Source: an uncultured archaeon
Lineage (GTDB): Archaea > Nanobdellota > Nanobdellia > Pacearchaeales > GW2011-AR1
Assembly: GCA_965365175.1 (NCBI GenBank)
Contig: CBDUAR010000001.1
Location: forward strand, 1-59,337
Direction: 5' to 3'
DNA: 59,337 nt
Positions 53,897 to 59,337 of this stretch are shown in pieces (positions within the stretch are counted from its first letter, which is position 1; the number at the start of each line of letters is the position of its first letter). Both the position numbers and the translations under genes were made by a program. Under the pieces are notes generated by a model that saw only the letters and a list, made by a program, of their open reading frames with translations, did no database searches and was not told the origin of the DNA.

Positions 53897-54772
53897 ATGG
53901 TGAAAAAGACGAAATCTAAAAAAGCTAAGAAGAAACCTATGAAGGCTAAGAAGAAAAAATTCAAAGTAATAAAAGAGCAAGATATTCCTACATTACAATT
54001 AAAAAAAGAGTATGACATTGCTTTAGACTTTGCAACAAAAGCATATAAGAAGTTTGAAAAGTCAATAAAATCAATTGTTCTTTTTGGTTCTAGTGTTAAG
54101 GAATCAGCAGTTGTTGGATCAGATGTAGATATAATAATTGTTATAGATGATGTTTCAATAAAATGGGATCAAGAAATGATTGCTTGGTACAGAGAAGAGT
54201 TAGATAAAATTCTAAGGGCTAATCCTTACCAAAAAGGTTTACATCTTAACACAGTAAAGTTAAGCACATGGTGGAATGATCTATTAAACGGCGATCCAGT
54301 AGTAATTAATATTTTAAGATACGGTGAATCTTTAATTGACTTGGGTGGTTTCTTTGAACCTCTAAAATATTTATTAATTGAAGGAAAGATAAAACCAAGT
54401 CCTGAAGCAATTTACAACTCATTACAAAGAGCACCATTACATATACAGAGAAGTAAACAAGCAGAATTAAGTTCTATAGAAGGATTGTACTGGGGAATGG
54501 TTGATGCATCACAAGGAGCATTAATTGCAGCAAATGTAAATCCTCCTTCACCTGAACACATTCCTGCAGATTTAAAACAAACTTTCGTTGATAGAGGAAT
54601 GTTAAATGGAAAATATGTTGACTGGTATAGAGATCTATTAATATTACATAAAAAAATAATACACGGAGAAATAAAAGAACTAAAAGGAATAGTAATTGAT
54701 GATTGGCAAGCAAGAGCAGAAGAATATCTTAAGGTAATGGTTTGTTTAGTAAAAGATATAACAACTAATTAA
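53897..54772 (+). CDS. nucleotidyltransferase (MNT-type) domain fused to a HEPN-like helical domain
   Basis: LFGSSVKESAVVGSDVDIIIVIDD (GS...DxD) and the C-terminal YRDLLILH (Rx5H). Confidence 0.65.
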   Translation: MVKKTKSKKAKKKPMKAKKKKFKVIKEQDIPTLQLKKEYDIALDFATKAYKKFEKSIKSIVLFGSSVKESAVVGSDVDIIIVIDDVSIKWDQEMIAWYREELDKILRANPYQKGLHLNTVKLSTWWNDLLNGDPVVINILRYGESLIDLGGFFEPLKYLLIEGKIKPSPEAIYNSLQRAPLHIQRSKQAELSSIEGLYWGMVDASQGALIAANVNPPSPEHIPADLKQTFVDRGMLNGKYVDWYRDLLILHKKIIHGEIKELKGIVIDDWQARAEEYLKVMVCLVKDITTN

Positions 54773-54884
54773 GTCTTCCTCTAAAAACACTAATTTCTTT
54801 AGAAGTATTAAGTATTCTTTGGTCATATTCACTTAAATCATTATATTCTTCAGAAGTTTCTTCCTCAGAGTTAACCTCTGACAT
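54765..54884 (-). CDS. 39-aa acidic mini-ORF (candidate)
   Basis: My translation: MSEVNSEEETSEEYNDLSEYDQRILNTSKEISVFRGRLN; TAAAATG junction with the upstream gene; overlaps the convergent gene end by 8 nt. Confidence 0.3.
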   Translation of the reverse strand: MSEVNSEEETSEEYNDLSEYDQRILNTSKEISVFRGRLN

Positions 54885-54885
54885 T

Positions 54886-55389
54886 TTAAGCAGCCTCACA
54901 GAACATTTTTTCTAATCCACCAGCTAATTCAGCATTTTCTCCTTCCAATGCCATAACTGCAAAGGCGTTAGTTGATGAATTAACATAAGCAGTAACTACT
55001 CCCTTTACTTGTTCATCTTTTAAGTCTGAAACATACTTTCCATCATAGTCACTTGAAAGTCCTTTCTTAACTCCCATTCTTTTAATAACATCTGCAACTT
55101 CGCTAGAAACTACTGATTCTTGGACAACCTTTGCTGCCTTCTTCATTATTATCGGTCTTGTTAGAACTCCATCTTCAGATTGTACTTCAACCTTAAATAC
55201 ATTATTCCAAGTATTTTGATTTGGAGCATCCTCAGTAACAGTATCATAAAGCCCAGTTAATATAGTCCCGTATCTATCAGTAGATTTACCTTGATATGCA
55301 GCTGCAAGAGCACCAAGATATTTATCATTAAGATTGATTTTTGCAATTTCTGCCATCTTCTTTTTTAATTCTTGATTATCGTTTGTCAT
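54886..55389 (-). CDS. hypothetical protein, paralogue of 55760..56371
   Basis: Shared blocks with the paralogue: YLGALAAA..RYGTILTGLYD..DAPN, DGKYVSDL, GLEKMFC; start set at MTNDNQ (55389), TAAAATG junction. Confidence 0.55.
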   Translation of the reverse strand: MTNDNQELKKKMAEIAKINLNDKYLGALAAAYQGKSTDRYGTILTGLYDTVTEDAPNQNTWNNVFKVEVQSEDGVLTRPIIMKKAAKVVQESVVSSEVADVIKRMGVKKGLSSDYDGKYVSDLKDEQVKGVVTAYVNSSTNAFAVMALEGENAELAGGLEKMFCEAA

Positions 55390-55390
55390 T

Positions 55391-55696
55391 TTAGAATTTT
55401 GCCCCCGTTCCTTTTGCACTAACATAACTTCCTTGAGTATAATTACATTTCATAGAACTCATTTCTCTTTCAGTTTCCATTTTTCTATATGAATCAAATA
55501 ATTTATCTAATCTTTCCTTTAATGTAGCAGCTTCTGCAAATTCATCTCTTCCTCCATTTCTTCCTCCACATGCTACCACTTCAACACTTGGGGTTTCAAC
55601 TGGAGTAAAATCACTTGGTTTGATAGCAAATCCTAGCGTACCACACGCTAAGGCTAAAATTTTTCTGATCCCTAGTTTACCTTTATCTTTTCTCAT
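55391..55696 (-). CDS. hypothetical secreted/lipoprotein-like small protein
   Basis: Signal-like KILALACGTLGF with a lipobox-like ALAC. Confidence 0.45.
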   Translation of the reverse strand: MRKDKGKLGIRKILALACGTLGFAIKPSDFTPVETPSVEVVACGGRNGGRDEFAEAATLKERLDKLFDSYRKMETEREMSSMKCNYTQGSYVSAKGTGAKF

Positions 55697-55759
55697 ATAA
55701 TATTAGAGTGATTTTACTTTATAAATCTTTCTATTGTTGTTTCTTAGAAGTAGTGACAA

Positions 55760-56371
55760 TTATTTCTTTCCTTTACTCTTTTTAGCAGCTTTCTTCTTTT
55801 TCTTTGGAGAAGCCTTCTTTTTAACAGGAGGTCTTCTTCTAGGTTTTGAAGGGCTTTGAGGAGATCTAGGCGGTTGTGGAGGTCTTCGAGTGCTACAGAA
55901 AGCACGTTCTAATCCTTTAGCTATTTTTCCTCTTTGATCGTCTAATGCCTCAATAGCATATTGATGAGTACTTGCATCTATATATCCCTTTTCCATTTGA
56001 GCTTTTTGATCAGCAGTTAATTCTCCAACGTATTTTCCATCGTGTTCTTGAGAAGGATCTTTCATAACTCCAGAACGTCTAAGAACTTCAGCAACCTCTG
56101 CATCATTTACAGCTCTTTTAACAGCCTCTGCAGCTTTAGCTTGCAATCTAGGCATATTTAGGAAATCACTTTTAGATTTTATAGCATCTCTAAATAATAG
56201 TCTATAAGCATGTGGATTTGGAGCAGCATCTGTAGCATGATCATACATTCCAGATAAAATCTCTCCATATCTTTGTTCAGTACCAAATTCACTAGCAGCA
56301 ACAGCACCAACATAATCATTATCTAGAACTTTAGCAGCTTCTTTTGCTTTACTTTTCCTTGTCCTTGCCAT
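55760..56371 (-). CDS. hypothetical protein, paralogue of 54886..55389, with a Pro/Lys-rich SPKK-like tail
   Basis: YVGAVAAS..RYGEILSGMYD..AAPN, DGKYVGEL, GLERAFC, then RRPPQPPRSPQSPSKPRRRPPVKKKASPKKKKKAAKKSKGKK. Confidence 0.55.
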   Translation of the reverse strand: MARTRKSKAKEAAKVLDNDYVGAVAASEFGTEQRYGEILSGMYDHATDAAPNPHAYRLLFRDAIKSKSDFLNMPRLQAKAAEAVKRAVNDAEVAEVLRRSGVMKDPSQEHDGKYVGELTADQKAQMEKGYIDASTHQYAIEALDDQRGKIAKGLERAFCSTRRPPQPPRSPQSPSKPRRRPPVKKKASPKKKKKAAKKSKGKK

Positions 56372-56425
56372 AATAATTCGTAATGCTTGGACTTTATAAA
56401 TCTTGTTAATTTAGAAGTGGTAACA

Positions 56426-56950
56426 CTATTTCAACTTTTCATAAACAGTTCTCATCTTACAAGGCATCTTAGACTTAATTTGTTTAATGATTTTTCTAAA
56501 CAATCTTAAACCTTTTTCCCCCTCAACTTCAGCCACGTAAATTGGAGAATCTTTCTTAACAATAGCAGCCTTACCTACAGACTTACCATAAGATAATTGC
56601 ATACCAGTCTGCATACGATCAGCACCTGCACCAGTAAGCATTTTGTTTTCTCTTTGAATATGATGTGGGAAAGGAACAACCTTGAATATATAGTTTCCAG
56701 CTAATCCTCTATCCAGCTGTTTATTTACAAACTGTCTGCAAGCCTCAAGAGCGTGATCTCTAATTTGACACTTTTCAGCTGAAACAACTGTCAATCTATG
56801 AGCGAACTTCTTCTTTGTAGCACCCATGTGGAACTTAACAATTTTCTGAGGAGGAACAGTCTTAATATATGACTTACCCTTCTTCTTACTAATCCTTGTA
56901 AAAGGAGTAACCTTTCTTTTTGAATATGCAGCTGCTTTTCTCAATCCCAT
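56426..56950 (-). CDS. rpl10e: 50S ribosomal protein L10e (uL16)
   Basis: MGLRKAAAYSKR...KFHMG...GAGADRM, typical L10e. Confidence 0.9.
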   Translation of the reverse strand: MGLRKAAAYSKRKVTPFTRISKKKGKSYIKTVPPQKIVKFHMGATKKKFAHRLTVVSAEKCQIRDHALEACRQFVNKQLDRGLAGNYIFKVVPFPHHIQRENKMLTGAGADRMQTGMQLSYGKSVGKAAIVKKDSPIYVAEVEGEKGLRLFRKIIKQIKSKMPCKMRTVYEKLK

Positions 56951-56951
56951 C

Positions 56952-57212
56952 TTATTTTATCTCCACTTTAGTTGTAATAGCTTGACCAGGTAAACCCTTT
57001 TCAAAGATAGATCTTACAACACCTTTATTTCCATGAGCACCAGATATTTTACCTTTGATAACTTTTCCAGAAGGCGATTTCCAAACAACTTCCTTACCAA
57101 CATATTTTTCAGCCTTAGCTCTACTGTCAGAACCTTCTATTTCAATTAAGTAATGTTTTTCAGTTATAGTTTTCTTTCCTCTTCTAAACTGAACAATTTT
57201 TGCATTAACCAT
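56952..57212 (-). CDS. rpl35ae: 50S ribosomal protein L35Ae
   Basis: AKIVQFRRGKKT...GKISGAHGNKGVVRS...; start set at MVNAK. Confidence 0.8.
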   Translation of the reverse strand: MVNAKIVQFRRGKKTITEKHYLIEIEGSDSRAKAEKYVGKEVVWKSPSGKVIKGKISGAHGNKGVVRSIFEKGLPGQAITTKVEIK

Positions 57213-57247
57213 AATAAATATCAATAAAATTAGTTTAAAAAGGTTAC

Positions 57248-57685
57248 TTATTCCTTCCTTTTTAATGTATGTTTAGCTTTGAGTATAATATTCTCTCCAA
57301 TGTGTTTTATATCCTTATAATCAATCCTATAATGTCCATCAACCAATTTATTACTCTTAATAATAAAATTTTCTATTTTCCCATCATCGGCAATAATATG
57401 TTTAACTTTACCGATAATTTTTCCTCCTTCTGTTAATACCTGAAGTCCTTTATATCTCTCATGAGGAACCTTACTCAACAAAACACTATCTTTTCCAAAG
57501 TTTTTGATATATTTAGAACCAATAAACAAGTCGGGTTTTAGTAAACCCATATCTATAGTTATTCCAGTAACCTTGAAGGTCTTAGTATCAATGTGAACTT
57601 TAGTCGCAGTACCTAAAATAGCTCCTTCAGGATCAATCGCTTCCTTTCCTAAAATATCATCGCTGGTTATATCTTCTTTTTTCAT
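57248..57685 (-). CDS. PRC-barrel domain protein (two barrel-like halves)
   Basis: ILGKEAIDPEGAILGTATKVHID and the second half GLQVLTEGGKIIGKVKHIIAD. Confidence 0.65.
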   Translation of the reverse strand: MKKEDITSDDILGKEAIDPEGAILGTATKVHIDTKTFKVTGITIDMGLLKPDLFIGSKYIKNFGKDSVLLSKVPHERYKGLQVLTEGGKIIGKVKHIIADDGKIENFIIKSNKLVDGHYRIDYKDIKHIGENIILKAKHTLKRKE

Positions 57686-58131
57686 AGTTCACTCTTCAAT
57701 ATAATATTCTTTTTAGCAACAGAAATATCTTCTTTTGGAATAGTAAATCTTCTTCTGAATATAGATTTTTTAATAACCAATTCCGTAAAAGTATTTGCAT
57801 TAGTTTTTCTTTTAATATCTACAACCCTTCCAATTTTCTTACCTGTAGAATCATAAACTAATTTTCCAATCAAAGAAACAATAGGATCAATACTCAAGAC
57901 AAAAGCTTTATCGGACTCATGCTCAAAGAACTCTTTGCTAATAAATAATTTTCTTTTTCCTTTCACTAAGATACCTTCGATAACATTCCCCTTAAATAAA
58001 GCATCTTTAACATGACCAAGTAAATCTCCATTCTTAGAATAAACTCTTTTTCCAATATAAGATTTTAAACTGCTTAGACTATCTAAATTTTTTACCTTTC
58101 CCGAAATAATATCAGTTCTTTTTCTAAACAT
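57682..58131 (-). CDS. PRC-barrel domain protein (two barrel-like halves)
   Basis: YIGKRVYSKNGDLLGHVKDALF and LIGKLVYDSTGKKIGRVVDIK; 4-nt overlap with the downstream paralogue. Confidence 0.65.
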   Translation of the reverse strand: MFRKRTDIISGKVKNLDSLSSLKSYIGKRVYSKNGDLLGHVKDALFKGNVIEGILVKGKRKLFISKEFFEHESDKAFVLSIDPIVSLIGKLVYDSTGKKIGRVVDIKRKTNANTFTELVIKKSIFRRRFTIPKEDISVAKKNIILKSEL

Positions 58132-58156
58132 TTTTCCCTCTTTGTAAACAAATCAT

Positions 58157-58783
58157 TTAGAATATATAAAGATATCCCAGTGTGATTAAAGTTAATTTGA
58201 TTCCTTGACCCAAAATTGACATCGAATAAAATTTTGCTTTGTTATATTTGAAAACACCTAATAAAGCAGCAAACGGTTGAGCAGGTAGTGGTAATACATT
58301 AAATCCTAACACTGCAAAAGCCCCGTATTTATTTAGTTTAACTTTCATATTATAGAATTTTTTATATCCAATAAGTTTTTTAGAAAATCCACTTAATCTT
58401 TCACCAACCCAATAATCAACTGTGAATGAAATTATCATACCAATAAGGAATAATCCAATCACAATGAATGGATTTATCATTCCTGAAGTTAGATACGCTA
58501 TAAAAGTTATTTCTATAGGTATCGGAATAAAAAATAGTCCTCCAAATGTTGTTGTATAGAAAGCACCTAATGGAGTCAAATTAAAGATGTTAGCAGAGAT
58601 ATGTTTAACAAAAACATTTATAGCTTTGATAAGAAAAAAGTTAGAATGTCTCAACTTAGTAACATAAAAAGTGATAAATAAGATCACAATAACTGATATT
58701 AATATGGTGTAAAAAATAAATTTAGATTTCTTATCTTCATTATATGCAAATATTCTATCTCTCTCAAATGCCTTCTTTTTCAT
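58157..58783 (-). CDS. DedA/VTT-like integral membrane protein
   Basis: Polytopic 208-aa ORF; YGAFAVLGFNVLPLPAQPFAALLG resembles the SNARE-associated/VTT core. Confidence 0.5.
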   Translation of the reverse strand: MKKKAFERDRIFAYNEDKKSKFIFYTILISVIVILFITFYVTKLRHSNFFLIKAINVFVKHISANIFNLTPLGAFYTTTFGGLFFIPIPIEITFIAYLTSGMINPFIVIGLFLIGMIISFTVDYWVGERLSGFSKKLIGYKKFYNMKVKLNKYGAFAVLGFNVLPLPAQPFAALLGVFKYNKAKFYSMSILGQGIKLTLITLGYLYIF

Positions 58784-59211
58784 TTCAACCTCTTACCCAA
58801 TATGACAACGTCTTTACTTTTTTTAAATTTCAGCTTTTCATAAAATTTTACTGCAGGTATTTTTTTTCTAGTTGTTAAATAGATTAAGTAAACATCCTTT
58901 GATTTAGCATAATCTTCAATTTTTTTTATCAACTTCTTTCCTATACCTCTTTTTTGATATTTTGAATCAACTCCAAGACCCTCAATAACCATAGCAAATC
59001 CCTCACCAATAGCCTCTATTCTTCCAATAACAAAACCAACAACTTTTTTGTCTTCTTCAGCAACGTAAATAGTAGCAATTTTATCAAAATATTTTACAAA
59101 ATTAAGTGAAGTAGAATCAGTCCACTTTTCACGGAATATTCTGTTAAATTCTTTTTCAACAATTTGAGATATTTGTTTAAAATCTTTCTTGGTAGCTTTT
59201 CTTATTTTCAT
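58780..59211 (-). CDS. GNAT-family N-acetyltransferase
   Basis: GVDSKYQKRGIGKKLIKKIEDYA (Q/RxxGxG acetyl-CoA motif). Confidence 0.8.
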   Translation of the reverse strand: MKIRKATKKDFKQISQIVEKEFNRIFREKWTDSTSLNFVKYFDKIATIYVAEEDKKVVGFVIGRIEAIGEGFAMVIEGLGVDSKYQKRGIGKKLIKKIEDYAKSKDVYLIYLTTRKKIPAVKFYEKLKFKKSKDVVILGKRLK

Positions 59212-59238
59212 ATATTAACCTAGAATTTAATACTTATA

Positions 59239-59337
59239 TTATTTACTCAAAACAAATATTTCTCTTCCAACAACTTGTTTCTCTCTATATTCTGGAAATG
59301 GTCCTTCAACTAATTTTAATCCAGTCCTTTTGGTAAT
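59239..59337 (-). CDS. 3' end of an unidentified CDS truncated by the window edge
   Basis: Open frame from the window edge: ...ITKRTGLKLVEGPFPEYREKQVVGREIFVLSK*. Confidence 0.4.
   Translation of the reverse strand: MTKRTGLKLVEGPFPEYREKQVVGREIFVLSK

Noticed and set aside
1-59337. CRISPR arrays, rRNA genes, integrases, transposases, reverse transcriptases or known defence-system genes
   Set aside because: Reading both strands, I found no spaced direct-repeat array, no rRNA-like GC-rich block and no ORF with recombinase, RT, helicase-nuclease or Cas-like motifs. The only tandem DNA repeats are coding low-complexity runs.

Overview
Visibly AT-rich, very gene-dense archaeal chromosome segment. 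Spacers are short, GGAGG ribosome-binding sites are common, and many stop/start junctions are ATGA or TAAAATG. Archaeal-only markers are present: EF-1alpha/EF-2, RpoH-B-A, KH-only NusA, Spt4, S24e, S27ae, L10e, L35Ae and archaeal DnaG. Many proteins are shortened, which suggests a small-genome, DPANN-type archaeon (inference). I saw no rRNA, CRISPR array, integrase, transposase or recognisable defence genes.

Layout:
- 0.5-16.2 kb: dnaG, tuf, a uppP/ORFan insertion, EF-2, S7, S12, nusA, rpoA, rpoB, rpoH.
- 16.3-19.0 kb: tRNA-Lys, thioredoxin, rhodanese and small ORFans.
- 19.1-22.6 kb: nrdR-nrdD-(mini ORF)-nrdG, the anaerobic ribonucleotide reductase operon.
- 23.8-31.6 kb: a TtuA-like thiolase, then one long minus-strand operon arsR-iscS-DUF1858-arsM-iscU-membrane wHTH-HMA/DsbD_2/cupredoxin-copA.
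- 32-37 kb: a 900-aa S8 surface protease, tRNA-Trp and PIN/HTH genes.
- 37-39 kb: rpoE'-spt4-S24e-S27ae.
- 39.6-46.3 kb: scpA, a Dph6-like gene, hisS with tRNA-His, a U32 peptidase, a pilin-like gene and a short GluRS.
- 46.4-56.4 kb: mostly lineage-specific hypothetical genes.
- 56.4-59.3 kb: L10e, L35Ae, two PRC-barrel genes, a DedA-like gene and a GNAT.

Most unusual observations:
1. The class III RNR is in pieces. The glycyl-radical loop sits on a separate 41-codon ORF with its own GGAGG, under an NrdR repressor with a near-consensus NrdR box.
2. The largest RNAP subunit lacks the canonical archaeal A'/A'' break, yet is interrupted by a single in-frame TAA 45 codons after the NADFDGDE catalytic motif.
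3. A translationally coupled 75-aa Cys-rich ORF is wedged between rpoB and rpoA.
4. EF-2 needs a +1 frame change at GAU-UGA.
5. The GluRS has no anticodon-binding domain.
6. A paralogous gene pair (one copy with an SPKK-like basic tail) flanks a secreted small protein.

None of these can be confirmed without read-level data or homology searches, which I could not run.
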